A stretch of 64,000 bases of DNA from Mobula hypostoma (Eukaryota). Below, in pieces: positions 13,363 to 25,485 of this stretch. Positions within the stretch are counted from its first letter, which is position 1. The number at the start of each line of letters is the position of its first letter. The stretch is taken from contig NC_086109.1 in NCBI RefSeq assembly GCF_963921235.1, positions 13,332,001-13,396,000 of the forward strand, given 5' to 3'. The translations under genes were made by a program, and so were the position numbers. The notes beneath the pieces are model-generated. The model saw only the letters and a list, made by a program, of their open reading frames with translations, was not told the origin of the DNA and searched no databases.

Positions 13363-16206
13363 TTAATAATCCCTTAGACCAGGCTCCAACTCAGCAAACT
13401 TCATAGTGGCCAAAAACACTGATGAATTGCGACCAATGTAACCTCTCATTTGGTTTTGTCCCGGACCACAACAACAAGGGTCGTCCCATTCCGACTCAAT
13501 TTTCTCTCGCAAGGGCTTAGTAGGAGGGGGACGGGTATTGACCGCAGAGTTATTGCAAAACTTCCTGCAGTACCCCACCATCTCCAAGAGCCTTCTGAGG
13601 GCCCTCTTGTCTGTCGGGGTTGGGAGGTCAGCGATAGCCTGCACTGTAGCTTGCATCACTGCCAGCTGCCCCTGTGTCACCACAATTCCCAGGTAAGTGA
13701 CCCTCGTGTGGCCGAATTCATTTTTTTCAAGGTTCACTATCAAACTGGCTTCAGACAGCCGTATTAAATTGCCAATACACACCTCTGTGGTCATCAGCCC
13801 TTTAGTCACTGAATTACTCAATATATATGAGTGTTCTTTACTGGGCCGCCCTATTGTAACAGACATAACCCAACGTCCCAGTTCTTTGCATTTCCTCGGG
13901 ACAATCAAACACATAGGTGCGAGTCGTTTAATTACTCCTTCTAAAGATTCGCTTTGTTCGGGGATTAAGGGAGAGACCTTATCAGTAGACCTGGCCAAAA
14001 CAATAGCCTTCTCCCATCTGACCGATCCCATCCTAATCTTTTCAAAATGGTTCTTTTCTCTTATCAGGGGGCCCCTAGCTTCATTGATTTCCACGCTAAC
14101 ACCGACTAGGTTTGTTAGCATATCAAAAGCCGGTGACCGTCTCAGTTCGCGTCGGTCATGATCAATAACATTTTTTTCCCTGGGCAGCCGGTAAATCTCT
14201 TTCATGATTCCACCAACTGTTTCCTCCAGCACCGCAAAATGTCCACCGGGGGGTACCTCGTGGGCCATGTTAAAAACCTCATCCCCATAACTCTTTTGCA
14301 TCACCCCCCACTCCTCATCTGCGGATACTGTACTTGATTTCCCTTTCTTCCTTAGCACTTCCTCCTCCGCACAATAGCTTGTCAAGGCTGTGTCAGAGAG
14401 AGCGGTCTCTGCCAAAACCATCAGCCCCTCGTCTCGCTCCTGCGTCTGCACAAATTCTTTCCTGGCTACTGCTACGTCTGTCCCAGCTCCCTCACTACCT
14501 CTTATCTCACTACACCCTGTCTCATACAAGGTTGGCAGAAATGTTTCAGCCAAATTCACCATCGGGGGCCCACGATGAACCTGTGAGTCCATGGGCCGGG
14601 CCTCAATGCTGGCAGGCTGACCCGTCAATCTCACGACTGGGAACACAATTCCTCCGGCGATGTCATTACCGAGCAAGACTTCCACGTCTTTCATCGGTAA
14701 TTCGGACCTCACCCCGATCGTGACTAGTCCAGAGACCAGGTTGCTCTGTAAGTGTATCTGGTGCACAGGGACTGACTCTGTCCCTTCCCCAACACCTTTG
14801 ACCTCTACCTCCCCAGTCTGGGTCTCTGAGCTAAACTCTAATACACTCTTCAGTATTAGTGACTGACACGCTCCCGTGTCTCTCCAGATCCGCACTGGAA
14901 CTGGTTTTAACCTCTCCTTCACTGACACCAGTCCGGCCGAGATAAACCTCTCGCGCCCTTCCTGGACTTTTTCAGACCTGTCCTTCCCAAGCGGTTCGCT
15001 TAACAGCTCGATACAGCCATTCCAAATTTCCGCTTTTCCTTTCCCCGTCTCCTTCCTTGGGGCAAAGCACCTGGACGCAAAGTGTCCGACTTTCCCACAA
15101 TTATAACAGACGACCCCAGGAGACTTCCTACCAGACTGCTCCCGGTCTACCTTATCCTTTTCACTAGTCCCCGGCTTACTTTCTGACTTTTCCGGCGGAC
15201 TCTCCCCTCCGTCCTGACTACCCTTCTGGTAGCCTTTACTCGGGGCAAACTTCATTTTATGCGTCAACGCATACTCATCCGCTAACTTAGCAGTTGCGGC
15301 TAACGTGGCTGCCTCTTTCTCATCGAGGTAGGGTCTCATACCCTCAGGTACACAACCTTTAAACTGCTCAATCAGAATCAGTTGCAGCAGTCTGTCATAA
15401 TCCCCCTCTACCCCTTTCGAGGCGCACCAACGCTCACAATATGTTTGCATCTCACGAGCAAACTCCAAATACGTGCGGTCCCACCGCTTCCTCGCATTCC
15501 GGAACCTCTGCCGGTATGCCTCCGGGACCAACTCATAAATCCTGAGGATGGCCTCCTTCACCACCTCATACTTCTGGGCATCTTCCACGGATAAAGCGGA
15601 GTAAGCTTCTTGGGCCTTCCCTTTCAGTACACTCTGAAGTAAAACAACCCACTTATCCCTCGGCCAGTCCTGACTTATAGCCACCTTTTCGAAGTGGAGA
15701 AAGTACCGATCCACGTCGGTATCGTCAAAAGGGGGAACCAGCCTTACCTCCTGGGTCGCCCGGAACCCTCCACCTTGGTTCGGCACGAGCCCCTGCTCGG
15801 CCCTTATCTTTAACTTCTCCAGCTCAAATTCCCTTTCCCTCTGTTTCTCCTCTCTCTCCAACTGTCTGTCCTTCTCTTTCTCTTCTCTCTCCATCTGTCT
15901 GTCCCTCTCTTTCTCTTCGTGTTCTAACTGCCGTACCCGGAACTCGTGCTCGAGTCTCAGTTTTTCAAGCTGTACCTGTACCGCGTCTCCAGCAGGTTTT
16001 TCAATAGACACCTCCCCCAGCTCACCTTGGGGAAACACTCCTTTAGATACATAGTGCTCTACAATAGCTCTGTGTATCTCCTCTCTCCTCATTGTCGACT
16101 TCACCTTGGCAAGATTCACCCGTTTGGCCACAGCTATCAATTCCGATTTCCTGGCATCCTCTAATGCCTCCAAGGTCGGCGCCTTTATAAATTCCTCAAC
16201 CTCCAT
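13363..16206 (-). CDS. 947-aa Gag (coiled-coil, SCAN-like capsid, CCHC knuckle)-aspartic protease polyprotein with vestigial integrase and RT segments
   Basis: LVPEAYRQRFR...LILIEQF (SCAN/capsid-like); CYNCGKVGHFASRC; RDTGA protease motif; AHEVPPGGHF (integrase zinc-domain remnant) lying before an RT remnant (VTYLG...PTPTDKRALRRLLEMVGY). No YxDD, RNase H or DDE core seen. Confidence 0.9.
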   Translation of the reverse strand: MEVEEFIKAPTLEALEDARKSELIAVAKRVNLAKVKSTMRREEIHRAIVEHYVSKGVFPQGELGEVSIEKPAGDAVQVQLEKLRLEHEFRVRQLEHEEKERDRQMEREEKEKDRQLEREEKQREREFELEKLKIRAEQGLVPNQGGGFRATQEVRLVPPFDDTDVDRYFLHFEKVAISQDWPRDKWVVLLQSVLKGKAQEAYSALSVEDAQKYEVVKEAILRIYELVPEAYRQRFRNARKRWDRTYLEFAREMQTYCERWCASKGVEGDYDRLLQLILIEQFKGCVPEGMRPYLDEKEAATLAATAKLADEYALTHKMKFAPSKGYQKGSQDGGESPPEKSESKPGTSEKDKVDREQSGRKSPGVVCYNCGKVGHFASRCFAPRKETGKGKAEIWNGCIELLSEPLGKDRSEKVQEGRERFISAGLVSVKERLKPVPVRIWRDTGACQSLILKSVLEFSSETQTGEVEVKGVGEGTESVPVHQIHLQSNLVSGLVTIGVRSELPMKDVEVLLGNDIAGGIVFPVVRLTGQPASIEARPMDSQVHRGPPMVNLAETFLPTLYETGCSEIRGSEGAGTDVAVARKEFVQTQERDEGLMVLAETALSDTALTSYCAEEEVLRKKGKSSTVSADEEWGVMQKSYGDEVFNMAHEVPPGGHFAVLEETVGGIMKEIYRLPREKNVIDHDRRELRRSPAFDMLTNLVGVSVEINEARGPLIREKNHFEKIRMGSVRWEKAIVLARSTDKVSPLIPEQSESLEGVIKRLAPMCLIVPRKCKELGRWVMSVTIGRPSKEHSYILSNSVTKGLMTTEVCIGNLIRLSEASLIVNLEKNEFGHTRVTYLGIVVTQGQLAVMQATVQAIADLPTPTDKRALRRLLEMVGYCRKFCNNSAVNTRPPPTKPLREKIESEWDDPCCCGPGQNQMRGYIGRNSSVFLATMKFAELEPGLRDY

Positions 16207-16282
16207 TTCTGCTGTTTGTCTTTTCTTTCTTTCGGGAATTTTAACCCAATCAATTTACTCCGTCCCAAATTTAGCGTTCAAA

Positions 16283-16300
16283 ATCCCGGACAAGACCCCA
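16283..16300 (-). promoter_or_regulatory. Primer-binding site, tRNA-Pro-like
   Basis: TGGGGTCTTGTCCGGGAT matches the canonical tRNA-Pro PBS TGGGGGCTCGTCCGGGAT at 16 of 18 positions; 4 nt from the 5' LTR. Confidence 0.85.
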
Positions 16301-16304
16301 CTTA

Positions 16305-17169
16305 TGTTACGTACCCCGTAACTGGGTTGCCAAACCAGCAGAAATGGATCACTCAGTTGGAGTCTGGAGTACTAGAACTAAGAAAGTTTTATTAAAGAAA
16401 CAAGCAACACATTAATCGAAAGGATAATAAATGCAACAATTCAGCGATGATAAACGCACATGTGCACAGAATTAAGATAACAGCATCAATCAAGCTCTAT
16501 CGTTGTCTAGGGGTAAATGACCAAATTTCAAAATGACTCAAAGTTCAGTCCAGTTAGTAGTTCAGTTCGCAGTATTCGTTGCCATGGTGATGGACAAGGT
16601 GGGGGAAGAGACAGAGAGAACAGGAACAACTGGTCATTCAGAACATTGCTTCACTCACAGACCAGCGAGATTGCTCACAAGCAACTTTTGGGCGGGTCCT
16701 TGGTGATGTCACCTGAGGTCACCGACTGTGACCCCTCCTCCAGATGCGGTCGATCCTCTGCAGTGAACCCGGCACCCAGGCAAGGGCGGACACACACCGG
16801 GTTCCCGCTGATCATACCTTTCCACCCTTGTCGTTATCTGATACTTCTCACCCACTCGTGAGAGGCGCACCGCTTCCAGGGTCTCGTTACCTCGGGTGGC
16901 GTGTGTGTCCTGTCTTAGCGAACCTGTCCCTTTTTATCCCCCTGCTGGGGCATCGTCTGTCCATCACTTCAAACAGTTCAGGGTTCAAAGGGGGGAGCCG
17001 CTCCAGACAGCTCTCTCTCTCCCACGTCCCTTCATTACACATCTCCAGACGCTGCTCCATTGTTCCTTATCTCTCCTTCCCCTGAGGGCAGGTGGCAGAC
17101 CAACTGCTGATGCCACTGATGCTAGCCCAGGCCAGCAAACATCTTAATTTTATGTGTATTCTCGTAACA
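16305..17169 (-). repeat. 5' LTR
   Basis: Direct repeat of 12325-13189, followed by the PBS on the minus strand. Confidence 0.95.
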
Positions 17170-19239
17170 ACGCCCAGTACTCGGTGTCGGAGACCTGATC
17201 AGAGCTCTAAGTTTTCAGGTGACTCAGAGTCGGATTGTGGTCGGCATGGCAGGGAGAGTTTTTCTTTCCTCTCCCGTCTGCGTGAGATGTGGGACATTTG
17301 AGAAACTTTGAACTTTACTGTGCTCACGGACTTTCTTCATCAAGTTATGGTATTGTGCACTGTTGTAACTATATGTATAATTATGTGGTTTTGTCAGTTT
17401 TTTCAGTCTTGGTCTGTCCTGTGTTTTGTGATATCACACCGGAGGAAATAATGTATCATTTCTTAATGCATGCATTACTAAATGACAATAAAAAAGGACT
17501 ACGTGTCTTCATAATCTAATTACAGCCTTGAGTCCGTGTGGATAGGACTCTATCAGCTTTGCACATCTGGACACTGCAATTTTTCTCCATTCTTCTTTAC
17601 AAAACTGCTCAAGCTCTGTCAGATCACATTGGGTATCATGAATGAACAGCCCTTTTCAAGCCCAGCCATAAATTCTCATTGGATTGAGGTTTGGACTCTG
17701 ACTTGGCCACTCCAGGACATTAACTTTGTTGTTTTTAAGCTATTCCTGTGCAGCTTTGGCTTTACGCTTGGCGTCATTGTCTTGCTGGAAAATAAATCTT
17801 CTCCCAAGTCACAGTTCTCTTGCAGAATGCATCAGGTTTTCCTCCAGGATTTCCTTCAAGATTTCCTTGTACCCTGCCTCATTTACATTCTACCTTTACA
17901 AGCCTTCCAGGGCTTCAATGATCACAGTATGATACAGCCACCTCCATGCTTCACGGTAGGGATGGTACGTTTCTGATGATGTGTGGTGTTTGGCTTATGC
18001 CAAGTATAGCGTTTAGTCTGACTGCCAAAAAGCTCAATTTTGCTTTCATCAGACCATAGAACCTTCTTCCAGCTGACTTCAGAGTCTCCTACATGCCTTC
18101 TGGCAAACTCTAGCTGAGATTTCATGTGACTTTTTTTCAACAGTGGCTTTCACTTTGCCACTCTCCCACAAAGCTGTGACTGGTGAAGCACCTGGGCAAC
18201 TGTCATTGCAGTCTCTCTCATCTCAGCCACTGAAGCGTGTAACTCTCAGAGGTCTCTTGGTGATTTCCCTCACTGGTCCCCTTCTTGCACGGTCACTCAG
18301 TTTTTGAGGACAGCCTGCTCTAGGCAGATATACAGCTATGCCATATTCTTCCCATTTCTTGGTGATTGACTTACCTAACTCCAAAGGATATTCAGTGACT
18401 TGGAAATTTTCTTGTATCGTGACTTGTGCTTTTCAACAACTTTTTTTGCGAAGTTGCTTGGAGTGTTCCTTTGTCTTCATGGTGTAGTTTTTGCCAGGAC
18501 ACTGACTCACCAGCATTTGGGCCTTCCAGATGCAGGTGAATTTTGACTACAACCAATTGAAACACCTTGACTACACGCAGTGATCTCCATTTAACTAATT
18601 TTGTGACTTCTAAAACCAATCGGCTGCACCAATTGGTGAATACTTAAGCAATCAATTATTTTGTGTTATATATTTATAATTAATTTAGATCACTTTGTAG
18701 TGATCTGTTTTCATTTTGACATGAGTCTTTTTCTGTTGAACAGTGTCAAAAAAAGCCAAATTAAATCCACTACGATTCAATGTCGTAAAACAATAAAACA
18801 TTAAAAGTTCCAAGGGGGTGAATACTTTTTATAGGTGCTGCATTTAACAGTTTTTTTCTATTATTATGTATTGCGTTGTACTGCTGCCGCAAAGTTAATA
18901 AATTTTACGACATATGCCAGTGATATTAAACTTGATTCTGATTCTGATTTAGAAGGAATTTCAATGATGAGTTGATAATTCTATAGTCACCATAAATGGT
19001 AAAAAAAATTCTGCATTACTCCTGAACCTAATTGAGTTATTGATCAATATCCCAGGCTTCTGAATTATAGTAATTAACAGTGCTACCATACCCAATGTCC
19101 AGTTGGCATGGTAGAGTGAGGCACTGGCGAAAAGAGAGGCAGAAAACTGGGTGTCAGGTGGAAATCATCAGGAAGCCAATAGGAAGTGGCAGACGTATGG
19201 ATTATTTCTGACTTGTATGATGCAGAATTCTTTGTCTTG

Positions 19240-20345
19240 AGGAGTATCCAAGAGGAGCAGAACCTTGTCGTCGTTTGGAGGCTTGCATGCCTCAGTGACC
19301 TGGAGAGCTATGTTGCCTGGAGTCAGGGCTCTTGGTAGGGTCACCCATGCCAAGCAGGTCAAAGGGTAGAGGCCAGACTAGTGTGGTCCACTGGTCCTCC
19401 AGGTTCAGGGGTTCTGCTCAGGGCTAACAACCCTGACTAGTAAAACAAAATTGTTCCACAACCATCAATGAAGAATTTTTCTATGTATGAGTGTGTACGG
19501 GGTCTTTCTTTTTTTTGTATGTTAAATTTAAAATGGCTTCTTTGTTATGTTAAACGCTGAGAAAGTTCATCCTGCTAGCAGTTTGTTGAATCACGTTACT
19601 GATAAGAAGATGTTATGAACCAATTGGGATAGTTGTTATGGTTTTGGTGTATTTGAAGATACTGTATGCTCGGGGTTTTGGGGCAGAAGGCGGGAGAGAG
19701 AGAGAGACAGAGGATGGAGCAGGTGCTGTGATGTCCGCTAACAGGGTCGGACCCCGAGGAGGGTGTTCGGCGAGGAGACGGAGACAGACTCATGTGGAGC
19801 GTCTGGTCGACTACCGTTGTTGGTCCCAGGTGGCCGGTCGAGGTGGTCCGAGGGGTCGCAGGGTGAAGAAGAAGGTCCTTGAGTTCCAACTGTATTGTCC
19901 ACGAAGAGATTGAACTTTGATAAATGTGGCCCCTTTTATTTTCCTTTTATATTTTACTCTCTATTAATTATATAGTTCCAGTAATATCTATAAACTGTAA
20001 ATCATTTAATCGTAGCTGGTGTATTGTCTGTTATTTGGGCAGGGTGGGGTACATCACACAGCATCCACACAAACTAATTACTGTACCCAGTTTGGCGGGG
20101 TCGAGGCTGTTTCCCTAGACGACAGTGAGCCGAGCGACCCTGAGGGTGGCCAGGGGGGCTACAAGTGCAATGGTATTCCTGATTCTCCACCTGGCACTTG
20201 CATGATTGACAGTAGTGAAAACAGAGAGGGATCTACAGACGTGATGAGGGAAGCCCTGAACATCTCCAGAGTTAGAGGGCCCTCATTGCTGCTCCAAATG
20301 CCAGTGGTGGAAAGGGCAGTATGTAAGCACAAAAGATAAGACTGA
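19240..20345 (+). mobile_element. Non-autonomous RTE/Rex3-like 5'UTR-derived element, interrupted by a solo LTR
   Basis: Similar to 1420-1447 plus 2685-3045. Contains GGTCCTCCAGGTT...TCAGGGCTAACAACCCTGA. Confidence 0.55.
19494..20163. mobile_element. Solo LTR
   Basis: TGTACGG...GGCTACA termini; 4-bp TSD AGTG at 19490-19493 and 20164-20167. Confidence 0.85.
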
Positions 20346-20389
20346 CGAGAAGGATCATGGAGAAATCGTCGCATTTTATTCATCTTGGG

Positions 20390-21135
20390 TTGCCCCATTA
20401 TCAGAAGGACTTGTAGGCTTTGGAGAGGGTGCAGAAGAGGTTTACCGGGATTAGAGGAAACCTGATGGAGGCTGAGGGAAGATCTGATAGAGGTTTATAA
20501 GGTTATAAGATAGGGTTGGAACGACTAATGCCAAAGGACATGCAGTTACAGTGAGTGGGAGTAAGTGCAAAAGTGATGTGTGGGACTAGTTTTTTAGATG
20601 GATAGTGGTAGGTGTTTGTAATGTACAGTCTGGTACAGTGGTGGGGGCAACTGTGGCAGGGGCATTCAAAAGACTCTTAGACAGGCACGTGATTGGGCTT
20701 AAAATGGAAGAATATGGTCATCGTGTAGGTAGAAGGCATTAGTTTAGTAGGCATTTGATTACTCAGTTAAGTAATTGATGAATTTGTTTTAATTAATAAA
20801 TTGGAAGTCTGAGGTAAGTCCTTTACACAGAGAGTGGTGGGTATGCGGAATGCCCTGCTAGGGGTGGTGGTAGAGGCAGAGTGATTAGGGACTGTTAAGA
20901 GACTCTTAGATGATGGCTATGTAGGAGAGAAGGTATAGATTGATCTTAGAGTAGTTTAAATGTTAGCATAATATTGTGGGCTGAATGGTCTGTACTGTGT
21001 TATACTGTGTTGTACTGTAATGCTCCATGCTCATGTCCTGCTGTATGTTCTAAGTTCTATGTTACAGTTTTGCACAACATTGTGGGTCAAACGGCCTGCT
21101 CCTGAGTTGTATTGTTCTCCGTCTAATGTTCTATG
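20390..21135 (+). mobile_element. Decayed CR1 3'-end fragments (two, nested)
   Basis: GGAGAGGGTGCAGAAGAGGTTTACC, CACAGAGAGTGGTGGG and TTCTATG-like tails match the CR1 3' ends elsewhere in the window. Confidence 0.65.
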
Positions 21136-21617
21136 AGTCAAATGTGCAGTCACCACAAGCTTAGACAGGGGGTCAAGCATTCAACCGTTAGCAAGCGGCA
21201 AAACGCAATCAATGCAGATTAGCAGCCTTATGACAACTTTGATGGTTTTGCATAGAAATTAACTTCTTTTTCTGCTACATAGGTGGCCACAGTAGCACAG
21301 TGGTTAGCCAACATTTTACAGTGCCAGGTATGGCTGATTGGGTTCAAATTCCCGATGCTGTCTATAAGGAGCTTGTACATTCTCCCCTTGACCATGTGAA
21401 ATGTGAAAAGACTTTTTTTGAAAAATGTCAGTGAGAATAAACCTGGTTCCAATTCTGATTCTGACCCTGTTAAACTCTCCTGCAGCTTGTTTCTTTGCTT
21501 TCACATTCCAGCATGTGGATTTGATCCTGACCTTTAGCGCCCGCAGCGTGAAGTTTGTATGTTAGCTAGTTCCCACAAAAGTGCTGGCTGGTAGGTTAAT
21601 TTTGAGGCCTCAGTCTG

Positions 21618-22142
21618 TCAGGGTCGACTATGAGCATTCCAGATATCTAAATACACCAGCCTGGACAGTACGATATGGGGAGCAAGCTGTTGCCCATGTA
21701 GCAAGCTCCCTCTCTCCACCCATCTGATAAACCCAAAGGAACGGCAGAGACCGATGCAGTTTAGGCACCAGGAGTTGCCAGTCTGCATTGAATTGAATGT
21801 AATACTGCCTTCAGGACGCCAGCTCCGATTTGCTCCTGAAACCTTTCCCGTGAGGGGGTATAGCCACAAGGCAGTGGAGGTTTGAGATTAGAGCTTTCCT
21901 TCTCCTAGATGAGATGTCAACCATGGCTGGTGAGCCCCATCTGCCCACAGTGACTAGTTTTACAGCACCTGTAACCTGCCTTTGCCCTTTCTCCTGTCAG
22001 TAGAAACAGTTCCACAGGGCTCAGTAGCTAAATCAAGGAGCTGGACCTGGCTGGCAGAGGCTACTTGAGGCGCACACCATTGGGAGCGTTTAATGGGTAG
22101 TAGGAGCTCATCCTCACGACCACCCCAGCAATAACAACCTTA
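21618..22142 (-). mobile_element. Non-autonomous RTE-derived element
   Basis: Shares its 3' segment (TGGAGAGAGGGAGCTTGCTACATGGGCAAC) with the SINE tail at 7596-7630; non-coding. Confidence 0.5.
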
Positions 22143-23749
22143 GGGAATCAGTAGGTTAATAGGCTACTGTAAATTAGCCCAAGCATTGGTGGATCATGGG
22201 AGAACTGGGGGAATTGATTGACAGGTGAGGTCATAAGACAGAGGGACTTATGGGATTGCTCTGAGAACTGAAAGGCCTCCTTCAACGTCATAAGTACAAT
22301 CAGAGAAAATTGTGAAATCCAGTCTGGGATTCTTTATCTGGATAGTGGTTGGAATGTAAGTTATACTGCCACAGGGATTGATGAATAGCAAGAATCTATT
22401 TAAAGGAATGTGGAATAATTACCTGAGGCAGAAGGGAACTGAAGTAGATGGAATGAAGTATGATGGATGAGTTTCATGGGAATCATTAACAAGGGACATA
22501 AGAACTGAATTGTCTGTTTCTATGCTGTAGTTCTGTGGAAATCTAATTCGCATTAGAACTGTTTAATGGTATTGACTTATTAAAGATAAAATGTGGGTAT
22601 TGAAGAAAAGTTTTTTATTTAATTTCAATTTTTAAAATGTTAACTTTAAAACATCAAAGAAAAGCTTTGAATTTACTTTGATAACTGACTGATGTAGTTG
22701 CAGAGGGTGGTTTTCATTTTCAGCAAACAAGCTTCTGGAGGAACTCAGCAGATCAAACAGCATCTGTGGGAGGAAAGGAATTGTCCACGCTTTGGGTTGA
22801 AACGCTGCATCAGGACTGAGAAGGATTGGGGCCAAGATGCCAACAAGTTCCATAGCCCCACGGACGCTGCATTCCTACAGCAGACTGCAGCTTCCAACAC
22901 ATGCAAACTCTCATGTCTGTTTCTCATTTTGCCTTGTGTGACAAATTGGGTGGACAGACTGGTACTACTTAAGGAAATGGATGGCTCCAACTGGCCCTGT
23001 TTAATACGTGCTCCAGTTTTTCCCAGGACTGGTTCATTGTCAACACAGGAAAGAAGCAAATTACAAACCAGCAACTTTCTGTTTGAACACAACTTTGTAG
23101 AATGTTTTGAGTTCAAGTCCACCCCCTAGATACCAAGACACAAAACAACCTCTGAATCTCTTAAACCATAAGTCCATAGGGTGTAGAAGCAGAAGTTGGC
23201 CATTTGGCCAATTGAGTTTGTTCCCCCATTCCCTCATACCTGACTTATTATCCCTCTCAACCCCATTATTCTGCCTTCTCCATAACCTTTGATGCTCTGA
23301 ATAATCAAGAATTTATCAACTTAAATTAGATTAGATTAGATTATGAGGACACATAGTCCTCTTTTATTGTCATTTAATAATGCATGCATTAAGAGATGAT
23401 ACAATTTCCACCTTAAATATACATAATGATGGCCTGCACAGTATTCTGTGGCGAAGATTTGCATAGATTTGCCGCCCTCTGCCTGGAGAAATATTTCTTC
23501 ATTTCCATTCTAAATGGATATCCCTCAATTCTGAGGCTGTGCACTCTGGTTCTAGAATCCTCTACTATAGGAAACATCCTCGACATGTCCACTCTGTCTA
23601 GGCCTTTCAATATTCAGTAGGTTTCAATGTGATCCCCTCTCATTCTTCTATCCTATCTTTTTCTGTATCAATGGAGCACTGCCTTGTCTTTCTGATGTCT
23701 GTGGTTGGCATAAAACAGTTTAAAGAAGATCAGGAATCTTTCTCCTCAC

Positions 23750-24030
23750 TCCTTGGCCCTGCAGCGCTGCAAGATGTCAGTAAGGGAGTGCTGCCAACTG
23801 ACGTATTACAGGCTGCAGGAGTATGTGCTGAGAGATGCCCCAAATCTCAGTGCAGCCACTTGCAGAAGCTCTATAGGGAAGGAACACAACCAGGACTCCT
23901 CCTGTGACAACACGTGGAAGGGCTTTGTCTGGTGGGGACAGCTCTCGAACATTAGATCACCCCATGAGTAACAGTGGTGCAATGGTTCAGAAAACTGTTA
24001 ATATAACTGAATGTATTGACCAAATGGGGC
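23750..24030 (+). mobile_element. Tx1-like LINE 3' remnant
   Basis: MSVRECCQLTYYRLQEYVLRDAPNL resembles the ORF2 C-terminus of fish Tx1-type LINEs (recalled from memory, not searched). Confidence 0.55.
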
Positions 24031-24074
24031 CAAGAATGTAGAGTTCTGTCCTGTTTTACGTCTTTTTGTGTCTA

Positions 24075-24805
24075 TGGAATGCCCTGATTCACATTTTTTA
24101 CTGCTATGCTGTAGATATTTCATTTTAGCAGTTCTGTAAGAGCAGTCTGTTATGCTTTCAGCCTGCTTGGGTTACCGTTAAACATAAGGAATGCTTAGGA
24201 ATGTGTGTCATCCAATCAGAATAGTGGAACTGGGAGAAGGTTCTCGAGGATGCTGAGGGAAAGGTTTTGTGAGGGACACTGAGGTTGGTTGACGTCTCTG
24301 TCTGGCGGGAGATGAGGAGAGAAGAGCTGGAGAGAATCGGCCATAGGATTCAATCTGGTGGGAATGCGCGATTCAATGGAGCCCAAGGCACGGAAGTCTA
24401 CCAAGGATTGGTGAATATGGCATTTGGAAGATTTGAGCTCCAACCTGTGCATATTTGAAAACTTCATTATAATGGGCACTTTTTGTTTTGTTTCTTTTTT
24501 TCTTTACTAACACCTTGGTTAAATTAACATTCATAAATATATGTTCTTTATAATTGTAAGCAGTGTGAGATCTGTTATTTCTGTCACGGCCGATTGCATG
24601 GGGCAGTAAATTACACAGTATTCACACAGACTAGGGATTGGGTGGGCAAGACATCCCATTCTCATACGTTTAGCGGGACCAAAGTCATATACACCATAGG
24701 CATACAGAGCCTGAGAAAGGTGGGTTTCTCACTGTGGAGTTCAGAGGCTGTTAGCAAGAGACTAACAAGTCATTTCTAGCGACATCCAGTAAAAAAGGGG
24801 TTTCA
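24075..24805. mobile_element. Solo LTR
   Basis: TGGAATGCCC...GGGGTTTCA termini; TSD TCTA at 24071-24074 and 24806-24809. Shares GAGCTCCAAC(T/C)TGTGCA with 7739-8336. Confidence 0.8.
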
Positions 24806-25485
24806 TCTATATTTAGTTTTGTATTTTCTTTTAAGTTTTGAAATAATATTTATCCCAACATTGAAAGTGCTGTCCTGCTCATTATCATAGTTTCTATTGT
24901 GGGATCTTGCTGTGCCCATATTGGCCACTATTACTCCTTCAACTGCAGCAGGCAGTAACCATGCTTTCATAATGCTCCAATGGTTGTGTGATTTGAATGT
25001 CCTGAAGTCATGAGAGGGACCAAAGAATTATAAATTGTTCAAGGTTCCCAATGGAGTTAGAGAGTGAAACATACAACATAGAAACAGGTGCCAGGCAGTT
25101 TTACAGATCATCAAGTACCCAGCTGTACCAAATAGAGACACAAAAGGGAATGCAGATGCTGGATTCTGGAGCAATAACCATAATGCTGGAGGGAAATGGA
25201 CAGTTAATGTCTGGGGTTTGGACCCCTCACTTAGATAGGTCTTGACTTGAAATGTCAACAAGTCCATATCCCTCCACAGAGTGTGTCTGACCCACTAAGT
25301 TCCTCCAGCATCTGCCTTGATGCCCCATCCATACTAATTTCACTTTCCACCAAATGGCCTGTATGCTTTGGCGATTCAAGTGCTTAGGAGGAATTCCCAT
25401 TTGTACTGCTTTGATATGATGTCCTATCACAAAGTACAGACAAAGGTTTCTCGCTCTCCATTCAATAAGATAAACATGAATATGT

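Larger units (their letters stand above)
12325..17169 (-). mobile_element. Non-autonomous Gmr1-like Ty3/Gypsy LTR retrotransposon (4845 bp)
   Basis: Two 865-bp LTRs (TGTTAC...GTAACA) with about 8 differences by eye. TSD ACGC at 12321-12324 and 17170-17173. PBS, PPT and a single long ORF are present. Confidence 0.95.
10213..17520 (+). mobile_element. Non-coding SINE-like, LINE-derived retroposon (~630 bp net) in three pieces: 10213-10350, 12182-12324, 17170-17520
   Basis: Starts GGGAGGAGAAGATGGC and ends AATGACAATAAA...CATAATCTAAT. The same 3' tail occurs on the minus strand at ~23325-23410. The pieces rejoin once the CR1 and LTR inserts are removed. Confidence 0.65.
9973..18840 (-). mobile_element. 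Tc1-like DNA transposon with long TIRs, about 1.56 kb after removing nested inserts; transposase pseudogenised
   Basis: ~210-bp TIRs (CAGTGCCTATAAAAGTATTCACC at 9973; GGTGAATACTTTTTATAGGTGCTG ending 18840). Transposase remnants on the minus strand include WKKVLWSDESKIELFG and PTVKHGGGCI (17922-18140), with an ATG near 18480. Confidence 0.9.

Noticed and set aside
13363..16206. Host ZSCAN/SCAN-domain gene or domesticated gag
   Set aside because: It lies between near-identical LTRs with PBS, PPT and TSD and has no C2H2 fingers, so it is a young retrotransposon ORF.
19240..19440. HDV-like ribozyme in the other RTE-derived 5'UTR elements (also 21900-22142)
   Set aside because: Only isolated hairpins were found; I could not assign a full P1-P4 pseudoknot by eye.
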